Counted from the stretch's first letter, positions 11,002-22,920 are shown. The stretch: DNA of 37,255 nt from Paraphysomonas bandaiensis (GCA_965644295.1 CBFFRP010000304.1:1-37255); one strand, 5' to 3'. Program-made: numbers and translations. The notes: generated by a model not told the origin, from the sequence alone.

Positions 11002-11245
11002 ACTATCATGCGCAACGGAATAGTTAGAAGTGTAACTGATAATGACGATCATTATGGTGACGATGATGTATCTTGAACAGATACTATCATTAATTCAGTT
11101 CGTGATACATTACATTGAACATCATCACTCATATATACTACCTTATATTAAGATGAATCCTAATATTATAATATTAATAATACTAGTATAATTTAAATAA
11201 TAAATTATCTTATATATTTTTCGCACTTACATAACTTATTTACAC

Positions 11246-12483
11246 TTACACTATCCCAAGACGATCAAGCAACACGTGACAAAAATCATCACATTTTGAA
11301 TTGGCCTTAATTGCTCCAATTATAGTTGACTGCTCAGCACCACTGATGTTACCTCCACACACCTTCTCGAAGATAGTCATCGCCAGCATCCAAAAGTCTG
11401 TATTAATAGATGCAACAGGACCTCTGTTATTCCGACGATCCCACAACTCCCTCGGAAGATAGGCCGGAGTAGAAGCACTGCGTGAGTTGAACAGCACCAA
11501 ACTACCCAAATCCGTCAGAATAAACTCACCGCATGTGTTGATGAGGATATTGGGAGGCTTCACATCATTGTGAGCATAGCCATTCTGATGCAGGAAGTCC
11601 AGTGCACCAGAAAGACAAGTCCAAAACATGGGTGCTGTGATCAAATCTAAAGAAGGAAGGTGCTCGAGGGTGACAGGATGCATAGGCATAAACATGAAGA
11701 ATTTGAGATGTCGTTCATAAAGCTCAAACGAGATGATCCACTGACAGGGCGGCTGATCTTTCAAAACATTCTCAAAGTTCTTGGCGCGCTCGTACTCCTG
11801 AGGTGAGCATATCTTCAAAACATAAGGGACAGAGTGCTTGAAACAAATCTGCAAATTATCGTTGCCATTGATCAACACTCCATCAAGAACAAATCCATTC
11901 CTTTCCAGCTCTATAGTGGTTTGAACAGAAGGCAACTTCAAAGCGTCTTCGTAGGCACATGCAAGGAGTTTTATATCATTAGTTCTGATAGCTATGTCCA
12001 CGCTCCATCCAAACTTCTTAACCATACGAGAAATCGCATCAGGATTCACCTCTGCAACATTCAATTTGCAAGCCAGAGCCACTAATTCAGTCACTGACAG
12101 TGTTGACGATCCTACAGGAAAACAAAATGAACAAACATCAATCAAAACTAAAACAAGAACGAACCATCCGAAGCAGAACACAAACTCAAAATTCAGTTAC
12201 CTGAAGTCGATCGAAGTTCACCCCTCAACTTCCTCTCTTCATCTATTGACTTTCTCACTACTATTCTCTCTTCGAGTAATGACTTCTTCTCTTCTCGCAG
12301 CTGCTTCTTCTCTTCGTGTAAACGTTCAAGTTTACGCCTCCGAAATTGTTTGTCATCATCGGCTAATGCTTTAACTTCAGTATCGTCAATAGAAGATTCC
12401 ACGCTTCGAATCTGTTCATTAATTTGGTTTATTTCAGTCTCAACACGGTCTATTGCTGCATTGATATCATCGATATCACTCAT
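11246..12483 (-). CDS. Coiled-coil plus divergent protein kinase (possibly Crinkler-like), 2 exons
   Basis: Exon 12483-12201 (coiled coil, EEKKQLREEKKSL), intron 12200-12112 (GTAAC..TGTAG, frame preserved), exon 12111-11246 with VLKI, HNDVKPPNILI, DLG, TPAYLPRE and DFWMLA. Confidence 0.8.
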
Positions 12484-13029
12484 CTTATATACAGTGATAT
12501 TAACTAAGTGATGTCGTTCCTTGTGGTTGTTGGCTGATAGCTATGGGAAAAGAAGGTGCTGAGGGGAGGTATGCACCTTAGTTTTCGGGAATAAATTGAA
12601 GCAAATATACTCGATATTACTGATGTAAAACTACGGCTGGAATACAGATAATTATTGTCTCAATACTAGAGGCATTTTGGAACAAAAATATACAGAGGAC
12701 GCTGATACGGATTCACATTTTTTCAGTAACATTTTTAGTAATATGTTAGAGTTTTTTTTGGCACGTGGTTGTGAAAAACAGTCATTTTAGTGCCTCTCAT
12801 TGACATGACAAGTGGACTTTTTCTGTAAAATGTGGAAGGTACCGTACTCAAGCCCGCACCATAATGGTGTGGAACTATATAAGTGGTGATGATGAGTGAC
12901 CAGTGGTATGTATGGTGTTGCTGGTGAGTAATAGATCCAGGGAGGTGGGTGTTGAAGGAGGAGCTCTCTCATCACAGCATGGTATCATACATACAGAACA
13001 TAATAACAGCGAGAACATATCATAGTAGC

Positions 13030-15187
13030 ATGGAATCAACTACCACGGAATCAACTACCACGGAATCAACTACCACGGAATCAACTACCACGGAATCAAC
13101 TACCACGGAATCAACTACCACAGGGGGCATTAGAAAAGTCGGTGATGGGGAAACCAAAAATCGTAACTCCTCTGCGTTAGCTCAGTTTGCGAAGTACTTG
13201 GAGATGCGGTTCGACGGGAAGAAGAGGTATAAGGAACTCATAGACAGTGATATAAATGTAGAACTATTTCAATGTTTCGGTGGCTTTTTGATCGATCACG
13301 CCGTCCATGGAACAACGAAGAAGCCTTTGACCCTAGGTACTGCTTGGCAGTATTTGTCAGACACGAAGACTGCGCTGACGAAGCGATTTAAAAGAAATGA
13401 GTTATTAAGCAGCTCCAATGAGCTGTGGTACAAAGATGTGAGAGCGGCAGTATCAAAGCATATTATCAAGCGGTGTATCGCACAAGGAGTGCGTATATCA
13501 GAGAAAACAAGTCCAGTGGGGAAAGAACTAATGAAGCGCATAGGTGAATACATTATACATCGGGCATCTGATTTCTCCGGTAAGTGGACATACTTCACAT
13601 ATCTATGATTTACTGTATGCTAATAAACTTTATTTAGAAGTGAAGAAGTATTCATTGTACAATCTCTATTTGGTTTTCACGTTTGCTGCTGTTGGTCGGG
13701 TGTCTGAAGCAATGTTTGCTTCGTATAATAATGCAATGTGGCACTGCGATGGATACTTAACGTTTGATTGGACAGAATTGAAGGTGGCTTCTATCAAAAC
13801 AATGAACTTTTTTCCCGACTACTCTTGTCTAGAGACTTGTGTTTTCTTCGCTTATTCAATGTACTGGATGTCCTGTACTGCAGCAGATCTCAACGGTGAC
13901 TTCGTCTTTCCAGATCTAGCATTGACTACATCAAGCGCTAGTCAATTTGTTTCTAAGCTACTAAAACAAATGATCGGGAAGGTACCTGGAGTTACAAAGG
14001 AAACAACAGGCAAGGGTCTTAGAGTCGGGGCTGCAACTGACATAGCCAGTAGTCAGTCAGGCGGCATCTTCCATGCGATTATGCGTGGAGGATGGGACTT
14101 CTCCGGAGAGTGCAGCATTTTTGAGTATATCATGGGACTAGATGTCACTATTGCTGTGGGTGGAAAAATTTTAAGTGGCTACTCTAATCCCAGGAATAAG
14201 ATATATCCACCCGAGTGTGTATTTATCAACAATGGAAACCGAGAACAAGTGATGGCGTTAATCGAAACATGTTATCCACTCACTTACCCAGAATTTGGGG
14301 TTGATGGCTGTCTATTTCAATTTAAACTCTCTGTGTTTGCTACATTCCTTATGAGGTTACCATCATTTGTTTCTAAATACACGGCACAACATGCAGTGGT
14401 TTGTAAATTCAAGCACAACATGATGCGCCACCATTTCACTTGGAATGACATAATGCAATGGAGTGCTGCGATTGAGGAGGAATGGCTTCGCCTTAATTTT
14501 GTAGACACAAGAAATGTAGACGAAATTTACCAGGAGAATCGCATTCTTCGAGACCAAATACAACAGCTTCATAGAAAGTGTGACACCCAAACTATTGCAA
14601 TAGCTGATCTGCACAAGAAATTAGACACTGCTGTGGCTGATATTCTAGAAGGCTTGAAAAATATTCCAACGGATACCACTATACCAACTTCAGAGACTGT
14701 ATCACGGATACCTACATCGCCTACAGTCTTGCCTCCGATTACTGAAGGACCTTCCAAAGGTCCATCCACTACTACGACAAATGTTTTTCAATACATGAGA
14801 GTTAACATGCAGCGCATGCCCCATATATCCTTCATTCAATATAAAACTCTCGAAAAATTATGCTTATCAACAGTTATTATTGACTATTTTGATTATGAAT
14901 TACATGAAATTGTAGGAAAGAGATACCCTATGGTAGACAACGTCAACAAACAGAAAAAACTAAATCGAGTATTGACTAAAGGACTCGGCCTATTGTACGA
15001 TGACGAGAAACGTTTTCTTGATGAGCCGAAACCCTGTATGGCAAGTCAGTCTACTTCGTACAGAGAATGGAAGAGTAATTTAAAATGCATAGCTGAAAAG
15101 GTTGAATTGCGTGTTATTGTTGATTTATTTGGTCAGGAAAATTACGACAAGTTTCACCCCAAAAAAAAGCCTCTAAGAAATACATAA
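13030..15187 (+). CDS. Crypton-like tyrosine recombinase, 2 exons
   Basis: Intron 13580-13637 (GTAAGT..TGCTAAT..TTTAG) fuses the two ORFs in frame (..SDFS|EVKKY..). Catalytic motifs GRVSE (Arg), ELKV (candidate Lys), GKGLRVGAA (H/K-x-x-R), RGGW (Trp) and IFEYI (Tyr). No RT, so Crypton rather than DIRS. Confidence 0.85.
13032..13121 (+). repeat. Perfect 15-bp x6 coding tandem repeat (ESTTT)6
   Basis: GGAATCAACTACCAC repeated six times with no substitutions at the YR N-terminus. Confidence 0.97.
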
Positions 15188-15264
15188 ACAGTATATATGA
15201 TGCAATGAGTGCACGAAGGGACAGTGATGGTAACATTATTCCAAGGACAAAGAAAAGGAAACTT

Positions 15265-15814
15265 CAGTCTGATGTTAGTAATCTGTAGAATGCCAATATA
15301 TGTATTCATTTATAACCACTCCATCAACTTTTTATAATGTACCCTTATAATTAATGATTCATTAGTAATTGGAATACATCGTATCATTATTTACAGAGCA
15401 TACAACAGTATAATCAACCATTACAGCGTTCAGCATTTTATTATTCGACACAGTCTGATGTTAGTAATCTGTAGAATGCCTATATGTATTCATTTATAAC
15501 CACTCCATCAACTTTTTATAATGTACCCTTATAATTAATGATTCATTAGTAATTGGAATACATCGTATCATTATTTACAGAGCATACAACAGTATAATCA
15601 ACCATTACAGCGTGCAGCATTTTATTATTCGACACAGTCTGATGTTAGTAATCTGTAGAATGCCTATATGTATTCATTTATAACCACTCCATCAACTTTT
15701 TATACTGTACCCTTATAATTAATGATTCATTAGTAATTGGAATACATCGTATCATTATTTACAGAGCATACAACAGTATAATCAACCATCACAGCGTTCA
15801 GCATTTTATTATTC
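15265..15814. repeat. Tandem repeat A, ~185 bp x3
   Basis: Units start CAGTCTGATGTTAG at 15265, 15451 and 15635; near-identical. Confidence 0.95.
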
Positions 15815-16198
15815 CACACCGTTCAGAATTCTTATCACATACAGCCATACTGCATACCCTTACACAACATGACACATATTCACTGCAAGATGGAACAGGG
15901 GCAGCCGGGCGCTTGTGTCGCTTAGGCATCCCTCTTGCACCGGTAAGTATAAACGTCATTGCGCCTACAACAGCATAATAAACCATCACAGCCTTCAGCA
16001 TTTTATTATTCCACACCGTTCAGAATTCTTATCACATACAGCCATACTGCATACCCTTACACAACATGACACATATTCACTGCAAGATGGTACAGGGGCA
16101 GCCGGGCGCTTGTGTCGCTTAGGCATCCCTCTTGCACCGGTAAGTATAAACGTCATTGCGCCTACAACAGCATAATAAACCATGACAACATTCAGCAT
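15769..16198. repeat. Tandem repeat B, 197 bp x ~2.2
   Basis: TACAACAG.. motif recurs at 15769, 15966 and 16163; intervening sequences near-identical. Confidence 0.95.
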
Positions 16199-16949
16199 CT
16201 CATATACCATCACACAACATAGTGCATGCATGATATACAGCCTTCTATTCCTTCAAATGTACCACTTCTCATCTCTCTGCATACCTGACACTTTAAATAG
16301 GATGATGGGAGCATGATGCTCCCACCTGGAATTCAATCATTGATATCCATATCATATCACTTCATACCATAATATACAGCCCTTCACAGTTCCTCTCCAT
16401 ACAGCCTTATAAACCTCGTCCAGTAACTGCATATCTCATCTCACAGTTTCATGAAATAAGATGGTAGCAACATGTTATCACCTATCATTCAAGCACTCAT
16501 TAACGTGTATCTGCTGCATATGGCTGCCTCGTCATATTACTATATACATATACTCGATGCATGTGATATGATGCACTATGCTATGATGCACTCTGCTGAT
16601 TGGATCACTCGATGGGCGCACTTGCTGTGCGGCCTTTGTGTAAAAACAAGGGTGCGGGATCCCGCACCTGCGGTGCGGGCTAAATAATTTTTCAGGATTA
16701 AGATGAACTTCCCGTCCTCTTACACAGTGTAGATTCGTATTGAATACACACATACAGGCAGAATATACATACGCAGCATCTGCACTATATAATCCTACGT
16801 ATCATATCAACGTATGGAGGTCTAGTAGTGGGGAGCCATATGCATATATGTCTGGTGGTTGCAATCCTATTCACCTCCATTCCAATTCCATATATATATA
16901 TACCTCTATACATTCATTTGACTACTAATACTTATCATAAGAAGTCATC

Positions 16950-18274
16950 ATGAGTGATACAAAAGCAACATTAGAGGCAAGAACTATTCAAGTAGATGAT
17001 AAAGTCTACTCAGCTAAAGCACTGGCTGATGAACATCCTGGTGGTGATTTATTTATTAAAGCATTTGCTGGTCGTGATGCTACTGAAGCATTTATGTCAT
17101 ATCATCGTCGTCGATTCCCTCATGATAAAATGAAACATACGGCTATTGGTAAAGCAGTTTCTATTAAATCAGAGGATGCGGATAAGGATTATATTGAGCT
17201 TTGTGAGATTATCGATAAAGTATTACCAAGAGCGAAATCATTTGCACCAACATCTTATTTTGTTAAGGCATTTACTATTATTGCTATTGCTGTTGGGCTT
17301 GAGGTAAGATAGTATGCTATATTTTTGCTGTGATATCGTATTCATGTCGTATCCAGTTGTACATTCACCTCACCCGAAGCTACAAGTGGTATCTGACTGC
17401 TGTGTTGGGGCTAGTGTATGCTTTTATTGGGCTCAATATTCAGCACGATGCCAATCACGGTGCTATATCTCGCAACCCTAGAGTCAACAGACTTTTGGGC
17501 CTAACTCAAAACTGGATTGGTGGTTCAGCAGTGGATTGGATACACCAACACGTTGTGCAGCACCACGTACACACCAACGACCTGCACCATGACCCAGACA
17601 TTGCGGGTAATACATTCATTCGACTCAATCCGCTGCAGCCTCTGCTCCACTTCCACGTTGTGCAGCACATATACATCTTCCTTCTAATCTGTGGCTTTGG
17701 CTTCTCCGTTGTCTTCACGTCAATGCAACACCTTTACACTGGCATGCACAAGAGTAGAATGTCTGAGATGTTGGCGGGGTACAGAGTGCGGGAGTTTCTG
17801 GCAACATTTCCTTTCTTTTTGCGCTGGTTTGTTCTGCCGATTGTGCAGGTGCCCTCTGTCCAGACTGCTCTAAATGTAGCGCCAATGTTTGTTACCGGTG
17901 GGTTCTATCTGGCCTTTTTCTTTGTCATTTCCCACAACTTTGTTGGTGTGCACATGTTCGACAAGACAAAGACAGATAAGAAGAAGGAGTCATTCTTGTA
18001 CAGCCAAGTAGCATCTTCTTGCAATGTGGGAGGGCCTTGGTTGGCCTTTATTAATGGTGGACTTAACTACCAAATTGAGCACCATCTCTTTCCCCGTATA
18101 TCACACACACACTATCCTAAAATAGCCCCCGTTGTTCGTGAATTCTGTCGCAAAAAAGGTATCCCGTATGTGCACTTCCCGACTATTTCTGAGAACATGG
18201 CCTCTTGTGTGAACCACCTCTACAAGTTTGGCAATGACAAGAACCCCTACCCCTCCGTCAAAGCGTGGAAGTAA
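16950..18274 (+). CDS. Front-end fatty acid desaturase (cytochrome b5 fusion; delta-4/5/6 type), 2 exons
   Basis: HPGG haem motif, His boxes HDANH, HVVQHH and QIEHH; intron 17304-17356. Confidence 0.93.
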
Positions 18275-19627
18275 GCGTGTGCATATTAAGCACTACGAAC
18301 ATGCTGCAGCTGCTACTTAGACTGCAGTCCACGGCACTCTCTACAAATTTATTTTGTGGTACTATGTTGGTTGCCTTACCAATATGCGTAATCTAATTTA
18401 AAGTCTGCTTGTTACATTAAACTGAGAAATTGTCCGCTCAACGACACTCCTTATCACTAGGTTAAATTGTAGCTTACACTCATAATGTTGAAAACCTGAT
18501 GTAGCTTGTTTGCTGTTAAAGGAAATAGGAGTTTACTGATTAACCTTAGGTATATTGAACTACAACCAACTCCTACGTGCGTACTTGAAGTTTGGTAAAA
18601 AGCCAATCGCTAGTAGTTATCCTGTATTCTATGTAGCAATGAAATACAGAATATACATGACTACAGTATAGGAGTAGCTATTACAAGTATACAAAGAAAA
18701 ATATAGTAGCTGTTAAAGATATGATTTGTAGAACAGAATGTTGATGTTGGTGAATGACGTGGTTCCTAACTCATAGGGCTACAACATCATAAACTTACTA
18801 TATCTCCTATAATATCAATCAGTCAATATTGCACTAACTAAAAGCGTAAATTAATAAGGTAAACAAATTAAAAAATCAATGGCAGCTACAAAAAGGAATG
18901 AATAAAAATAGATAACCCAAACCTTATACTCCCGAATTACAAATGTACCCCTACCACAGAAGGATACACAAGATATAGCAAATAGCGAGGTATTAACTTT
19001 CGTACATAAATGTGATGATGAATGTGAAAATATAAAATTGTAGTTTCACTAGGCTTCGTGTTGTTAGATGAAACCCAAAACACAACGTAGCAACGTAGAG
19101 GATTTGATGATCTGCTTTTGAAACTTGACTCATAATTGTGGAATTGTGGTGTCCCTAAAATACAAATGACTGCCAATATTATAATTGAGATAGAAGATAG
19201 ATTGTGTTCGAACAAAATATTGAACATGAAAGTCTATAATTGCCGGGAGCGTTCTGTTGAACCCAGATCAAAACACTTTCTTGAGACACAATGGGGATAA
19301 AATTTCAACGTTACTCTATTTTCTGAAGGAAATTCCATGTCGCTGTTTGATTTATAAATAAAGATATAAAACCATGTAACCTCACTACAGTGTACTTATT
19401 TTCACTACATTGTCATTCGACAAATACATATATCACAAGAATAAAAAATAAAACGTCAGATAGTGTTACGCCAAATGTGCATAACAAAGTATGTTTTGCA
19501 ACAATAAGAGTAGCACTCGTTTAAGTGAGCTCTTGTCTACGAAAATACACCTACTTCACTTTGGGACATGAGCTACTGCAAGTCTGCTGAGATTCACTGA
19601 CGAAAAAAGTGTCAGATCAATGAAGCA

Positions 19628-20901
19628 TTACAAAAGTCTGTGATACGTACTTGAGTTTAAGGTAGCAAACTTTTCCTCCTCTTGCTCGTCAAATTGAGTA
19701 AGTCCGTTATGATTTTGTTCTTCTTTTTGTTGCTGTGGTGAATGGTGGTATTGTTGCTCTGCTGCAGGTGGAGGAAGGTCTGCAAACATAATACTGGTAA
19801 GGAACGAAACACATTGTGACACAAATGCAGTACCTAGCGGTGGCGGAATATCCAGAATTCCCACAGATCGCTTCCTCTTTGTCTTCCCGTTCAAATCACT
19901 TCTGGAGCCCCGTCGCCCGGTACCTACCCCTTCTTCGCCACTAACACTCCCTCGCCTGCTATCTCGACCTGTCCCTGTGGCACTTCCGGTGCTACTCACC
20001 GACTCTCGCCTGCCCACACGACTTGCCGACTTACGCCGTCGATACTGCCGTTCTTTCTGGCTTTCCCCATCGTCAACATCCCCTCCAACACTACTATCGC
20101 TATCGCACAAGGTATTCGAGTACAAGCCACGGCGAAGGCCGCGTTCAAAACTAGGGAGTGAGACGTAGTCACCAGAGAACATCTCCTTCCGACGGGCTGC
20201 ACAGGCCTTCCATACTGAACTAGAAAGACATGAGCTCCGAACCTGATTCTGTAGGCGAATCATCGGAGCGACAACACGAGGATGACGTGTGCAATAGTCG
20301 ACAAAAAATTGACGTGTGACACCTGTGTTTCCTAATTGTTTCTGCCGAAGAATGCGATCTTTCAGTCTGCACAAATAATCAAAAAGGTTGGTCATTCACA
20401 GGTGCAGTACATACTTCTCAAAAACAGGAGTCTTAGGGGAATTACCACCGCAGAGTGCCTTTATCATGATGTCGTATTCGTAGTAATCCAGTTTGCCATT
20501 ATGGTCAGAATCATAAAGTTCGAATAAGAAGGATGCTGTTATTAAACTATAAGCCTGTATGTGGACATACTAAAGCATAACTTACCAACATCAGAATCGT
20601 CTAATGTGCAGAAATACCACATAACAATCACCATATCTCTGAAATTAATATTTTCAGTTTTCATTCCTTTTAATAGAAGTAAAAAAGTTTTATGTAACAC
20701 CCCATCAGCCCTCTGACCACACTGAGATACTATCTTGTTAACAGAGATGAATGTTTCATGATGACGACATAGTTTCATATATAATGTATGTAGTTTATAT
20801 ATATATTGTTTGGTTAGTCCAAGTGTTTCAAACTCTGTTCTATATTCTATTATATGAGGGTGGGTTTGATATATGTTACGATGAGAGAGTGTACAACCCA
20901 T
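19628..20901 (-). CDS. N-myristoylated EF-hand protein (calcineurin-B/NCS-like N-terminus) with R/S-rich tail, multi-exon
   Basis: MGC start. Exon 20535-20415 encodes FELYDSDHNGKLDYYEY (canonical EF loop). Introns 20585-20536, 20414-20367 and probably 19833-19780. Confidence 0.7.
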
Positions 20902-22584
20902 TGAATAGATTGATAGAATGAGTTATTGATGATAGATAAAGGGCATTGATATGTGGATTATGAGGGTATGGTATGTCTTGTTCTTAATATGGTAGATGAG
21001 CGATGCATGAGTGAGTAGACAGTAACAGTTCTAGAGAACATATGAACAGTGTATAGGTACAGTGTAGTTAGACATGTCTACTCATATGAATATATTCGTA
21101 CTGATAGGGAATATGTTTGTATTGTCGTACTGTTGTACACTGTTGTGTACTCTACTACGTCGTATATGCTAGTATACTAGTATTACAAGTACTTCATGTC
21201 GTACTTCTGTATAAACATCGTACTTCTATATCGCACCATATGCAGCAGTATAGATGAACCTGATGATGATGATGTATAGCTATATGCAGTGCTGTATGTT
21301 AGCTATGAATCATCTCACATCCTCCATATCCATATCTATATATATCACATCATCTCATAGATATCCAACTCAACCATATGAAATCTTACTTTACACTCTT
21401 TCTATGATTTCAGATCATATCAGATGATAAGATGGACAGCAACACTACCCTCACACTATATATAACCCACATATCCATCTGAATATGATCATATCAAACC
21501 ACTCCTATACTCTACCACTCTTCTCTAGTATACTGTCTTAACCACTCTTATTATATCCTGATATATATACATTCATGTGTTGATAGCATCATGTACTGTA
21601 TATATCAGAAGTGTATTGAGGAGGCTCACTGATGTGCGCCCTGTAATTGATCTTGTGGATACGATAAGTTACGCGACCATGTATATATCCGAGTCATGCT
21701 CAAATATTCACCCCTTTACTCAGAGAGTGTGGGTTACTAGATACAAGAAACACTTCTCTACAACAGATACAGCAATTGCCTTTTTTTGCTGTGTCACAGA
21801 CTAATTGAAGAGTATATAGTGGAGGTAGTTATGTTGCAGTGACTATCTTTATGGCGTGGATGTTTTCTTCTTTCACTACATCGGAGCGTTGTTTGGTGAA
21901 ACTAGAACCAATGAAACACGTGACATTTGGGAAATTCTGGATATTTCTCAGCACTCGTGGTGCGATTCTCCCACCGTCATCGCATGCCTTGAGGAGCCTT
22001 TACGTCATTATCGGAAAATTTAGGAGTCATAGTACAGGAACATTAGTACAAGTAAACCAGTTTGAAAGTGAGTGGCGAGAAATAAAAGAATATACCTACA
22101 GAAAGCGGAATGTGGTGAAGCAATATGGCGGATCTGACATCATGATGTGCATCTTTTGCCGGATATGTTTAGCTAATTTTCAGAATTGTATAGGACAAAA
22201 CACTGTAACATGTAATAAAAGATACTATATCAACTTTGAATGTTGTTGAGAGTGCTAATGGAGGCCTTGAAGGTGTTGGTTCAGGACCATTATATAGTAG
22301 AAATGGTTGAAACATTTCTGATAATATGGATACTAACCATCTACCTCGAATATTCTGAGGAGTGCTACCAACGTAAATAGATGTAGAACTCAAGTATACA
22401 TACTATACCCAGTCATTGTGTCAAATTCTTTTTGAGATGGTTTGAATAAGGAAGAATATCTTGCGTCTTTTAAAGATTGTGTTAAAAATTATTGTAGATG
22501 ATGTTCTCAAGAGCCCTACGGAACATGAAGCCGCAGTAAAAGCGATAAGCATTCTTTCGAAGGGCTACCTATTTGAATATACAC

Positions 22585-22920
22585 TGCCCCATTCCGAGGG
22601 CGTAGCCATAATGTAGGCTGGCTGGTGCCCCACCTAAAACACCGAGTTATAGCACTGATTCTACTACCCACCCACCCGTGTACCAACTTAGCTGACCACA
22701 TAGATCACGTGCAGATTCTGTTGTCCCCCAACCTGTGTTAACCTTTGCTGAGATTACGCGGAATTTCTCATTACTATGCATGACTTTTATATATGTAATT
22801 CGCGCAGATTCTAGTAGGACCATGTGTACCTTCCCATCATTACCAAACAAAGATTACGCGGGGATTCTCGTGACCATGCATGACTTAGTATAGGTCTAGT
22901 GTGACATTGGCTACCCCCCC
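22585..22920. mobile_element. Dispersed repeat copy 2 within a possible MITE/non-autonomous DNA transposon
   Basis: 22585-22687 matches 10900-11001 inverted. Imperfect inverted pair GGGCGTAGCCATAATGT (22598) / ACATTGGCTACCCCC (22904). Internal duplication GATTACGCGG..TGCATGACTT at ~22752 and ~22852. Confidence 0.5.

Larger units (their letters stand above)
12851..16681 (+). mobile_element. Putative full-length Crypton-like element (boundaries inferred)
   Basis: AGCCCGCACC at 12851-12860 is the exact reverse complement of GGTGCGGGCT at 16672-16681; both sit in hairpins and enclose the YR and repeat array. Alternative right end: ACCATAAT direct repeat at 12858 and 16366. Confidence 0.5.

Noticed and set aside
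13030-15187. DIRS retrotransposon or complete Polinton-like virus
   Set aside because: No RT/RNase H, capsid, packaging ATPase or pPolB in the window; the YR has a spliceosomal intron.
15265-16198. CRISPR array
   Set aside because: Intervening sequences are ~140-150 bp and duplicated rather than unique; no cas genes; eukaryotic context.
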